Source of the DNA: Trichodelitschia bisporula
Lineage: Eukaryota
Direction of reading: 5' to 3'
DNA length: 64,000 nucleotides
Assembly: GCA_010356995.1 (NCBI GenBank)
Contig: ML996692.1
Coordinates: forward strand, 631,933-695,932
Shown here: one piece after another, positions 1 through 9,880 of the stretch
Position numbering within the stretch: position 1 is the stretch's first letter
Layout: each line of letters starts with the position of its first letter
Notes under the pieces: generated by a model
Database searches by the model: none
Told to the model about the DNA's origin: nothing
Seen by the model: the letters and a program-made list of their open reading frames with translations, nothing else
Made by a program: the position numbers and the translations under genes

Positions 1-1727
1 TCCTCCAGTTCCTTGCTGATCCGATTATCAGTCGCCAGGTACTTCTCCTGCGTGCGCAGGTCTACAGTCGGGAAATCTTCAACCTGCACCTTATACGAGT
101 GCCCGTAGGCGATATCATTTTTATCTTTCTTTAAGGGGTCGCAACCTGGAGGGACTCCAATTTCGGGACATAGAGGGGCTCCATCTTCGGGTTGAGTGGG
201 CTTCGTTTCTGGTTCCATTGCCTGCCGCATCTTCGCTATGGCCTCGTCGAGTTTCTTGCGGGGAAGGGGGGCTTTCTTGCGTCCGCTGTGTGGGGTGAAG
301 AAGCTCGTCATCGAAGAGGGTGGGCCCCTGCCCGAACTCGCAGGCACAGTCGACGCCGAATTGTCCGTCAACACCGACTTCTCCCTTGCACTGCGCTCCT
401 TCGGCGTCTTCGGCGACACCGACTTCTCCCTTGCGCCTCCCTCCGTTGGCACCTTCAGCAACACCGACTCCTCTGTCGACACCGCCGTCCTCTCCCTTGA
501 GTACCTCTCCTTCGGCGCCTTCAGCGATTCCGGCGGTGGAGACACCGAAGAGAGGGGCTCAAAGCCCAACGTCTCGCTCCCAGCCCCATGGCTCGAATCC
601 CCCGCAATAGGGTGGTAAGTAATCTTGAAGTGTGGAACATCACCTCCGTGGCTCGCATCCCCCGCAATAGGGTGGTGAGTAATCTTCATGTCTGGAACAT
701 CACCTACATGGCTCGCATCCCCCGCAATAGGGTGGTAAGTAATCTTCAAGTCGGGAACATCACCCCCAGCATTTCCAGGCTTCGCCGCGGTCTGGCAAGC
801 GGCGGCGCCGGAAAGGGGTGGGGCGGAGCGAGGTGCGGCTGGACGAGGAGCGGGACTGGGACCGGTGGGCGCGGTGGGCTCCATGTAGGTGCGCGGGGTC
901 CTGAACATGGGAGCGGGGGGGTCGCGGGGAGGCGCTTTGGTGACCGGTTCGGGGGTCTTCGAGGCTGCTTCGGCGCCCGGTCTGGGAGTCGCATTGCTGA
1001 CTGGCCTGGATCTCGCTCTGGTGGCCGATTTGGGAGGCGCCTCGGGGGCCGCTTCGCCGGATACTTCGCTGGGTGTCTCCTTCCGCGCCATGCCGCGCGT
1101 CCTCATCAGGAAGGCGTCTTCGGGGATCGCGATGCCCGAGTCGGGCGGCCGTGGCGCGGCGGAAGGCGAGCCGGAAGAGAGCAACTGAGCCATTAGTTGC
1201 AATGTAGGTGACGGGGATAGGGGGAGACGTACATGGTTTAGCGAGAGCGTATCGAGCGCGTCGTCCTCCGTATGGGACGTGTCGTCCTCGGCATCGGAGT
1301 CGGTCATGTCGATGTCGCTCAGCTGATTGTGGTTGTCGCAACCCTCGGCGCCGGCGTCGTCGTTGGACATGTCTGTTGGGTCGCTCTCGTAGGGGTCTTG
1401 CCAGTTGGGATCCAGTTCTTCGAGGACATCTTCCACTACTTCGTCGACGACATCGCCCATTACTTCGTCGAGAGCGTCCTCCAGTTCTTCTTGGGAATCG
1501 GCAAGCTCTTCTTGAGAATCTTCAGATTCTTCGGGAGAATCGTCCTGTTCTTCGGAAGACTCGGAGGCTTCGGAAACGGACTCGGGGACTTCAGCTTCGG
1601 CGGCGAACTTGACTTTCCTGCCGGAAGGTGCAGTGGCCTTGACCTTGCTGCCGGAAGGCATGGTGGACCTGCTTTTGCCGCCGGAAGGCGTGGTGCTGCG
1701 ATTGCGGAGGTTGTACCTCGAGGGCAT
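1..1727 (-). CDS. Hypothetical acidic/Pro-Ser-rich protein with internal repeats; 3' end runs off the window
   Basis: Stop-free minus-strand frame from ATG 1727 (MPSRYNLRNRSTTPSGGKS...) to the window edge, so absent from the ORF track. Probable in-frame 48-nt intron 1185-1232 (GTACGT..CTAAT..CAG). Asp/Glu-rich N-terminal third. Confidence 0.7.
   Translation of the reverse strand, partial: MPSRYNLRNRSTTPSGGKSRSTMPSGSKVKATAPSGRKVKFAAEAEVPESVSEASESSEEQDDSPEESEDSQEELADSQEELEDALDEVMGDVVDEVVEDVLEELDPNWQDPYESDPTDMSNDDAGAEGCDNHNQLSDIDMTDSDAEDDTSHTEDDALDTLSLNHVRLPLSPSPTLQLMAQLLSSGSPSAAPRPPDSGIAIPEDAFLMRTRGMARKETPSEVSGEAAPEAPPKSATRARSRPVSNATPRPGAEAASKTPEPVTKAPPRDPPAPMFRTPRTYMEPTAPTGPSPAPRPAAPRSAPPLSGAAACQTAAKPGNAGGDVPDLKITYHPIAGDASHVGDVPDMKITHHPIAGDASHGGDVPHFKITYHPIAGDSSHGAGSETLGFEPLSSVSPPPESLKAPKERYSRERTAVSTEESVLLKVPTEGGAREKSVSPKTPKERSAREKSVLTDNSASTVPASSGRGPPSSMTSFFTPHSGRKKAPLPRKKLDEAIAKMRQAMEPETKPTQPEDGAPLCPEIGVPPGCDPLKKDKNDIAYGHSYKVQVEDFPTVDLRTQEKYLATDNRISKELE
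588..767. repeat. 60-bp tandem repeat x3, coding GDVPx(L/M/F)KIT(Y/H)HPIAGD(A/S)SH on the minus strand
   Basis: Three near-identical copies of ...tcccccgcaatagggtggt(a/g)agtaatctt...ggaacatcacc at a 60-nt period. Confidence 0.95.
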
Positions 1728-2169
1728 GATTTGCGATGGAACAGATGGAGGAGTGCAGAGTCACGATACAGGCAAATAGATGGGGGAGATGGGAGATGGA
1801 GTTGCGGGAAGGATATCTATACCCCATCATTTGCCGCCAGCGGCCGCCGCTTTCGGTCGCTGCGTTCGGCCGGCCCATACCGCGTGCCTTTGTGCTGCAT
1901 CCGGTGTTTGCGTGCTGAAAACGGGGTGCATTCCAGCACAAAGCGTGCATGCCGCGACGGGGCGCATTCCACGCTTCCTTTCGCGCTGCCCACGCCAGCC
2001 ATGTCCCCCTTCCATGCCCTTCCTCCACTGATTAATGTACGTTGTCTGTCCATGCCCTCCTGCGACAGCCTATCCCGTCTAGGTATTACCGCCCCCGATG
2101 CTTAGCCCCCAAACCACCCGAATGCCATGCCGCCCGAAACGCCTCGGTCCGATTCTAAATTCCGGCACC

Positions 2170-2795
2170 TTACACACCCAAAACCACAGCACCCATGACA
2201 CCCACGCCCGCCACAATGGCAGGCGCACACCGCGCCGCTAAGGCCTTCGACGCCGTCGCCGCACTCGAAGCCACAGCCCCACTACTGCTGGCCGCTCCCG
2301 AGCTGCTGACCGGCGGCGCCGTGCGCGTCGCGTACGAGGAGTCGGTCAGGATGTTGGTGTAGGAAGCCGTGCCAGGCGTGCCAGTGGGGAAGATGCCGGT
2401 GGGCAGGGAGGAGGAGCCTGTTTTGGACGAGGCGGAGGGGGATGATGATGTCGAGAGGACGAGCTGGCCTGCTTTTATTAGCTTTGTCTTGTCTGGTTGC
2501 TCTGGGAGGGGAACGCACCGTTGTCTTCACTCCAGGCCACCACTGGCCCCGCCGCTCCGGTGCACAGCGCGCCGCATGCGCAGCATCCGACGCCGCTGCC
2601 GACGGAGCGGGCGGTGGCGGCTTCGGCGCAGCAGAGGGTCTCGGTGTCTAGGGTTTGGACTGCGTAGGAGGCGGGGCAGGCGGGCGAGGCGGAGAGGGCG
2701 GGCGCGAAGGTTGTGGTTGCTGTTATGCCTTGGATGCAGAACTGGGCGAGGGTGGTAGCAGGGAGGGCGAGGAGGATGGATGTTGTGAGCCGCAT
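2170..2795 (-). CDS. Secreted Cys-rich, Ser/Thr-rich putative GPI-anchored cell-surface protein
   Basis: Signal peptide MRLTTSILLALPATTLAQ and a Cys-rich head (C..C..CC..CCxC..C). 50-nt intron 2469-2518 (GTGCGT..GCTAAT..CAG). Ser/Thr/Ala stalk, then hydrophobic C-terminus ...AIVAGVGVMGAVVLGV*. Confidence 0.85.
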
Positions 2796-3892
2796 TTTTG
2801 CTGTAGGGAGAGTGGAAAGGTAAGGTGAGGGTTAGGTGAATGTGAGATGGCGGATGGTGGATGGGGGGCGCGAAGCCGCGCGGTGGGGGGGGGTGGCGGC
2901 GATGAGGTGGAAGGCGCGGAGAGAGGAGGATGGGGTGGTGAAAGTCCGGGCCTTTGGAGTGAGGTAGCCCCGGGGATGGAAGCGGGCCGGTTGGGTTGTG
3001 CACGCTCTCTCTCTGCCTGCCTGTCTGTCTGTCTCTCTCTCTCTCTTTCTGCGCTGGCCGGGGGTTGGTGGGTTGCGTGGTGGGTTGTGTTAGGTTGGCC
3101 GGGTGCTGCAGGGCAAAGAGCTGGCGGGTGTCGCTTAGATAGGGTGGGGAGTTTGTCCGTGGAGGGTGTTTGAAAGTACTATGTACAATAGGGGATCCTG
3201 GGGATCCTGGAGATAGCTTGGACGTGGGTGAGAAGGAGGAGGAGCGAGTTGTACATAAAGGGTTCCGGCCAGAAATCAAAAGAAGTGAGAAACAGAGAGA
3301 GAGAGCAGCGGGCCGGTTTGACGATCGCCAGTTTTGAGATGACGAGCGTTTCAGCCTTCCGCATAGTAATGAGAAGGGAGGAGAGGATGAGACTATGGCA
3401 ATTACGGCGTAGTAACTGTGCCTCTTTTGCCCCCATCCACATTTCTCCTGAATATCATTCTCCTCTAAGGGCATAGGTGTTTGTAAGTAGCACAGTATGA
3501 TAAACCGTGCCAACCCGCACTCCGCCCCAGTAGTAACCTCGTCTCGCCTCTTCTTGTCCCAAGTCTTGTCGTCTCCGAGCCGCAGCTCCTCGAATTCCGT
3601 GCCGCAACGCAAGAGGCGTCGAAAACCCCAGCTAGCCTCGCGCCGCCGCCCAGTTGGCCGTTGCTAGGGCTGAAGAGAGGCGTCGTCCGGTTTGTCCATC
3701 TCAATTTGGGTCCTCACGCTTTTCGCTTGTTGTTGCCTTCGCCGAACGCCGTCCGATGCTGATCATTGGAGTGCGATCCGAACACAGACAGTGAAACAAC
3801 TATTCCCGCTTCGGAGCAGCACACACCGCGCCTCCAATCTGCGCCTACCCGGTCCATGATGCGCCCGAACTCGGGAACACAGTATGACCGGT

Positions 3893-4831
3893 TCACGACT
3901 GCTCCCTGTTCATAGTACCAGTGACCGGCTCAACGAGCCTCTCCCTCCTCCCCTCAAAAACATCCCTCACCGTCGCCCGTTTCGCTATCTCCTCTTGCCG
4001 CCTATTCAAAATCCGCAACGGTACGCTCTTCATGCCCGTGCCCAGATCGCTGAGTCCGACCAGCGTTACGCGCCTCGCAAGATCGAGTTGTCCGACCCGC
4101 TTGGGGAGCACCTCGAAGGGACCCCATTGTGGCGAGCGTTCGAGAAAGTCCGTGTGCGAGCCCGTCCATGGCTCGGCTACAAGCTTGAAGAAGCGCGCTC
4201 GCGTAGGCCCGTCACCGCGCCGGGGGCTGTGGGGCGGGTAGGTCAGGTCGGAGGAAGAGCGGGAGGCGCGATTGTTGTGGTTGGAGGACTGGACGAGTGA
4301 GGGTTCAGAGGAGGAGGGTAGATCGGTCGGTGCTTGTCCCGCAGCATGCGCTTCGGCTGCCATGGTCGTGATGTCTTCTGCGTTGCCGAACCACTCTGCC
4401 CCCGTGGCTCCTTCTGCCATTGTGTCCGCCCCTGCCTCTGTCTCCAAGCTTGCCTGCGCCATCTCATCGCCCTGAATCATCTCCTCGCTCTCCGCACCCC
4501 AGTCGAGCCTCTCGAGCTTGAATCGCAGCGGGCAATTGTCCAGCAACGACTTCGCGCCCTCGGGATACCGATAAATCGCCATAGCCGCATTAGGTGCGGG
4601 CCTGAACTCATGATACTATCCCGCAACAAACCCATCAGCCACGTCCCAAAGTGCTAAGGCAGAGCCCGAAGGGCAGGGAAGGAAATGGCTCACCTTGAGG
4701 GACTTGAACACCACAATCTCCCCGTGCGACCGCAGAATACGCAGTATCTCGCGCTGCTCCGCCAGATTCGCCGGCGCAGGCGTGATGGCGACGCGCAAGG
4801 CATTGGCGACCAGCGCGCGTGTAGACGCCAT
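3893..4831 (-). CDS. Hypothetical fungal protein (2 exons)
   Basis: Exon 1 MASTRALVANALRV...VFKSLK, intron ~4617-4693 (GTGAGC..GCTGAT..TAG), exon 2 YHEFRPAPNAAMAIYRYPEG... continues in ORF 3893..4582. Confidence 0.75.
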
Positions 4832-5449
4832 GCTAGAACTAGTCGAGGGCTATGAGCATATAAAGGACCGTTTCAAGCTCGCCGATGCTGTAGGTGTAGC
4901 ATGAATGTGAAGTAGCTATGTACCGGGTGGACTTGGGGTATGGGGTGCGTGGGCAGTGTTTTCGCTTTTTTTCTAGAAGATTTGGGTGTTGAGCGTGACG
5001 CTGGACTGGGTTCCGGGTGATGCCTCCACACAGCACGATCAGCGGCTCTTCTAGAATATGGCACAGCAGCGAAGTATCTCAAATTAGATGCAAATTGCGC
5101 AGGCGTCCCAATGGAATGGTAAGTCTAAAAATTCGTGATGATATTATTTCATGTCCTGCGATCCTGCTTGTGCCAAAAAGGATCGTCGCGTGCAGTCTGA
5201 CTACGTACGTCCGCCCAAAACTTCCATCCCCGTCATGCCGCAAAGCTCGAACATCAAGGGTATCCTAAAAAAAGCCGTCCCAACCATCCCATAAAGCAAC
5301 AGATGCCGAACTTTTTAAATCATCGTGAATACACAGAGGGCCGCCTCGTCACAAAAACGCCAGAGTTCTGAAAATCAGATGCCCGCCGCAGATGACGCCA
5401 TTGCAAAACCAAATCACAGCCATTATAACTGCTGCGGCTGCTGCTGCTG

Positions 5450-6457
5450 CTACTGTTGTTGTTGTTGTTGCGGTTGTTGCTGATGCTGCTGTCCCGAGGC
5501 CTGTAACGCTAGCTTCACTGATCCGCTCTTTTTCCGTCGCGCCTTCCGCACGCGAATGCTCTTTTGTACCCATCCCTGGGCACCCGCCGGCACTGGATCG
5601 CGGGACCGACGGTATGTGAGCGAGGCCGGGGTCGGCAGAGTGATGCTGCTCGCCCAAGGGACGTTGGCGTCTGGGATGATGGCTTCGCCGTCTTCGGGAG
5701 TCGAGTCGAGCGGCGAAGGTGAGTAGGAGCGCGATTGTGGGCGCGAGGGTATCTCCAGCGGTGGGAGGGGAAGCTGAGGTGTACGTAACGGGGCGGGGTG
5801 CGAGGTTATGTGGCCCGTGTCGAGCTGGAGAGAGAACTGGGTGTGAGGGTGAGGTTGGGAAGTGGGAGAGAGAGAGGGGTTGTAGGGAGGAGACGAGCAG
5901 CGGTGGAGCTGGTGCTGCTGTTGCTGGTGCTGATTTTGCTGCTGCTGCTGTTCCAACAGCGGATCATGAGACCCGGTGTATAGTCCAAGCCCGATGTTGT
6001 CCTGTGTCCAAGCCTGCGACCTGGCTGCGCTCTCCGACATCAGACGTTCGGCTAGCGAAGGGTGCTCGAGCGGGTATGACAACCTGCTGCCAGGCGCGAC
6101 GGCTTGGACGCATTGCGGCGGAGGCGAGCCCGACGGAGTATAGGGTGGCGAAACGGGGCACAAAGTCGGTGGGACAGGACACGAAGTCGGCGGCGCGTGA
6201 AGCAGACGTGAGCAGAGAGGGCGACGCGGACGAGGTGAGGGCCGGCGGTCGGGCGCGAGGGAGTGATTGCTGAGTTGGTCGGCGAGGAGAGAGAGGTCGT
6301 TTGGTGAGACTGAGGCGGAGGTCGGGGAGAGGAAGGTGGGTGAGAGGTTGCCTTCTTGGTGCAGGTTGGCTGATGCCCGCGACCGTCTTACCGCGGGCAG
6401 AAGTACGGGATCACGAACGCGGTAGTCGTAGCGGCCATCGTCGCGGTCTGCCGCCAT
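5450..6457 (-). CDS. Low-complexity Pro/Ser/Gln-rich protein with polyQ tracts and a basic NLS-like C-terminus (RVRKARRKK)
   Basis: Long ORF with first ATG in good context (acaATGG) at 6457; CAG/CAA runs. Confidence 0.65.
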   Translation of the reverse strand: MAADRDDGRYDYRVRDPVLLPAVRRSRASANLHQEGNLSPTFLSPTSASVSPNDLSLLADQLSNHSLAPDRRPSPRPRRPLCSRLLHAPPTSCPVPPTLCPVSPPYTPSGSPPPQCVQAVAPGSRLSYPLEHPSLAERLMSESAARSQAWTQDNIGLGLYTGSHDPLLEQQQQQNQHQQQQHQLHRCSSPPYNPSLSPTSQPHPHTQFSLQLDTGHITSHPAPLRTPQLPLPPLEIPSRPQSRSYSPSPLDSTPEDGEAIIPDANVPWASSITLPTPASLTYRRSRDPVPAGAQGWVQKSIRVRKARRKKSGSVKLALQASGQQHQQQPQQQQQQ

Positions 6458-8000
6458 TGTTGACAGGGCAGCAACGTGGACGGCGCTTCCATTGAGGTGA
6501 AAGATTTGAGACAATTGGCAAGACTGACGGCCGGACGCTCCTCGCAGTTCCTTTCTTCACGTCAAGATAGAAGGGAAAAATAGGATTAAAGTTCAAAGAC
6601 ACAGGACGACAGCAAAAATATGATAGCGATGATAAGAAAGTGTGAATATGTAGATCTGGTGGTGATGTTCAGATCAGCAAATGTGCTTTAGTGGGTGACC
6701 CGAGAGAGCAGCACCGGGGGATCCAGCTCGGTGGGTTGGCCAGGAGTGTGGGGTTTGGGGGGGGAACAAATCCGGGGAAGATTCTGGGGGGGAGGGGGCG
6801 AGAGAGGTGAGGATCCAGGACGTCGGGTCCGGTTTAAAGAGCAACTTTGTCATCCCCTTTGCGAGTCACGACTGCAAACGTTTACATTCTAAGTTGCGTA
6901 CATTCATTGGTTTTGTTTGAAGAGGAGAGCAAAGTGGCGCCTTCATTCTTCTACTTCTCCTGCCTCTCACACGCTCTTCTGTCGACAAAAAAATTATTAT
7001 CGGCACTTCGCCCCGCCTTTGCCTAGCCAACCTGCAGTGGAGGTGGAGAGCACGGTCTGCATGATGCCACTCTTCAGATCTCTTTTGGTCGCTTGCATAC
7101 TGTACGGTATTCTGCCGCTTCGATGTATCCTCTGGTCCTATCCCATCGCTGGCTTTGAGTGACGTCCCCAACAGACGGCGGTGAGATCCGACAATTGGCA
7201 TCAGTTCGAAGCATGCGACAAAGTTTGCAGTGCCAGGTGCACTCTGCTTCTTCTAGCGACGAGTGATGCATGTAAGTACATCCGTACATCAGTGCAGTAT
7301 CGCGGAGTCGACGGAGAGTTCCGCCCGCCTTCCCCATCATGGTCTGTTCATGGCGTTGTCCAAGATACAGGAGGTTGACACCTGACGTACGTCTGTCGTG
7401 TTGCTATTGAAAGAATCGGAGAGGCTGCCACGGCTGCCCACCTGAAACAGCATATGCACGCGTCAATGAACCACTGAACCGTGGCGCCCAGACGAATGTG
7501 GAGGAGAAAAAAGAAGCAGGTGGCTTAAACATATGCCAACGTATTACCTAAATCCCCAGATCTCTTGACATCCAAGAATCGATGCGGAGCGCCCTTAACA
7601 CATGCGAAGGATCCAGGCCGCATGCCAATGTTCTCGGCCTCTTGAGCGCCTCCAAAGCTCGCGTGCGTTCACAAGAAGAAATGATGGAGGTTGTAACGAA
7701 AAGGGGCGAGCAGCAGCAAGTCATCACGTACCAAAGGCTACCTGAAGAATTAGTGGCCTCCCTGCCTGGGAGTTACTGTGAACGAGTAAGACACGACTTT
7801 TTCAGGTGCCTTCAGGATCGCATCAAATCAGTCACGTGCTCGGGCGAGCCATCCGATAACATGCGCGATAAAGCCAGTGTTGTCCGCTAGCCCCTTTGGG
7901 ACAGGGATCTCTCTGCATGGCATCCAGCAAGTAAACACAGTAAACAATCATCACCACTGTCCATCTCAACCCACCACCCACTCCGCACATCATTGTCACG

Positions 8001-9880
8001 ATGGACTCTCTCAACCTCAAGTCTGCATCCACCTACCTGAACAACCTCCTCCTTGCCCGCGGCCTCCTCCGCAATGGCCAACCTATCGAATTCGCGCGCC
8101 CATCCAAGGGAGAAGGCGGCACAGAGGCCACCATGGCCGCCGTGATAAACCTCGTTCACGACCTCGTCCTGCGCCGCGATGTACCATCAGTCCCCTCTTT
8201 TCTACTCGACTGAACTAACCCCCACAGCGCGACCAAACCACCACCGCAAACCTCTCCACCGCCATCTCCACCACCCGCGCCGAAGCCGCCCGCACAACCG
8301 TCGCCCTGCAAAAAGCCACCACCCGCACCGAAGATTTAGCGCGCCAACTGCACACAGCGCAAACGGCGGAGAAGGCGGCCCATCGTGCACTCCGCGCCGC
8401 CGAGGCGAGCGCCCGGTCACTCAAGGAGGAGGTCGTGCGCGTGCGCGCCAGCGTGGCTCAGATCCGCGCTGCGTGTGCGAATGATGTGCGCAAGCGCGAT
8501 GTGCAGCTACAACGGCTCAAGGGGCATCTGAGCGCGTCGCAGCGCGGGAATGCACGCGCGGGCACACTAACTATCGTCCCTGGGCTGATGGTGGGGCGTG
8601 AAGAGGAGGGCGAGGTGGGCGAGGAGAGGGCTAAGGAGGACTTTCTTACGCATCTGAGTCAGGGGTTGAGTGATGAGAATGATGCGCTGATTGCGCTGGT
8701 TAGGGGCTCTGTGGCATCGTTGAGGGAGTTGCTTGGAATGCCGGAGAATGCTGCGAGGGGTGCTGAGGTGGAGGCGCCGGAGGAGGGCGAGGATGTGCTC
8801 CATGCACTGCCTAGTAGCTACGAGGCGCTGGCAGCGGATATGGAATGCGTGCTGGAGAATCTGCGCACGCTGCTTACGAACCCGAGCTTTGTGCCCATTG
8901 AAGAGGTTGCCGAGCGCGAGGAGGAAATTGTGCGGCTACGCGAGGGCTGGGAGAAGATGGAGGGGCGATGGCGCGAGGCTATCGCCATGATGGATGGGTG
9001 GATGCGGCGCATGAGGGACGGCGGAGAGATGGTTAACCTGGAAGAGATTCGCATGGGGATTAGGATGGGCGAGGGGCTGGGATCGCCGAACAAAAACGCC
9101 GCACTGTCCCAGATGCCCCAGATGGCGGACCACGCATCCGATGACATGGACGAGCAAGACGACGACGAGCTGCACAGCGAAGACGAGCCCGTCCTGCACG
9201 ACCCGTTCGACATCGAAGTCGAGTCCGAGGAAGAACAGGTTGTGCCCGAGCACCTCGTCGCGCTCAAGGAGGCCAGCGGCAACGCCAAATCGCCACGCAA
9301 GGTCGCCTTCTTGTCCCCCAACACGGTCACGGGAGCCAGCAGCTCAACGCCGCAAGACGAAAACGCGCCCGTCGAGGAAGACGGCCTCACAGTATCGGAA
9401 GGAGCAATAAGATTGCTCGAACATTCCGGCCAAACCGCGCGTCTCAAGGATTCATCTCGCCCCCGCACAGCAGCAGAAGCATTGCTCGAATACCCCAGCG
9501 AAACCTCGCGTCTCAAAGATTCATCTCGTAAAGTACATCTTCCCGCATCCTTGACGCTCTCCCTGCTCAATATGTTAACCCATGAGCAGTCGCTCAAGCG
9601 CCTCTCCGCTGGCGCCCACCCCGAAGAACGCTCGCCCAAGCTCTCCCTCCAGGAGAAGCTGAACCTGGTAGAAGCCGAGGCCGCGGCTGTGGCTAACGGG
9701 CTTGACTTTGCTTCACTGGAGCCATCGGCACGCCCGCGGTCACGCGAAGAGAAGGAAGTGCCGGGCACCGAGGCGGCAGGAGCAACAATGCGGCGGACGC
9801 GTATCGGTGGCCGTGCGCGGCGGCGGAAGAGCACGCTGACGCCTGAGGAGCTGGAGCGATTGATTGGGGGTGGTATGTGA
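8001..9880 (+). CDS. Afadin/alpha-actinin-binding (ADIP/SSX2IP/Msd1; Aspergillus TinA-like) coiled-coil spindle-pole-body protein
   Basis: N-terminus MDSLNLKSASTYLNNLLLARGLLRNG...INLVHDLVLRRD. 47-nt intron 8181-8227 joins in frame to ORF 8435..9880 (CANDVRKRDVQLQRLKGHL; LSQGLSDENDALI; C-terminal RRRKSTLTPEELERL). Probable second intron ~9533-9589. Confidence 0.8.

Noticed and set aside
588..767. CRISPR-like appearance of the 60-bp repeat
   Set aside because: The whole unit is repeated with no unique spacers, it lies in a eukaryotic CDS, and there are no cas genes.
1272..3612. Long ORFs such as 1272..2105(+) and 2527..3612(-), and the many antisense ORFs over real genes
   Set aside because: Shadow ORFs caused by high GC and codon bias; low-complexity translations without motifs.
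5134..5201. GTGATGA...CTGA possible C/D snoRNA
   Set aside because: No terminal stem, no D'/C' module, no intron context and only ~7 nt of possible rRNA complementarity.
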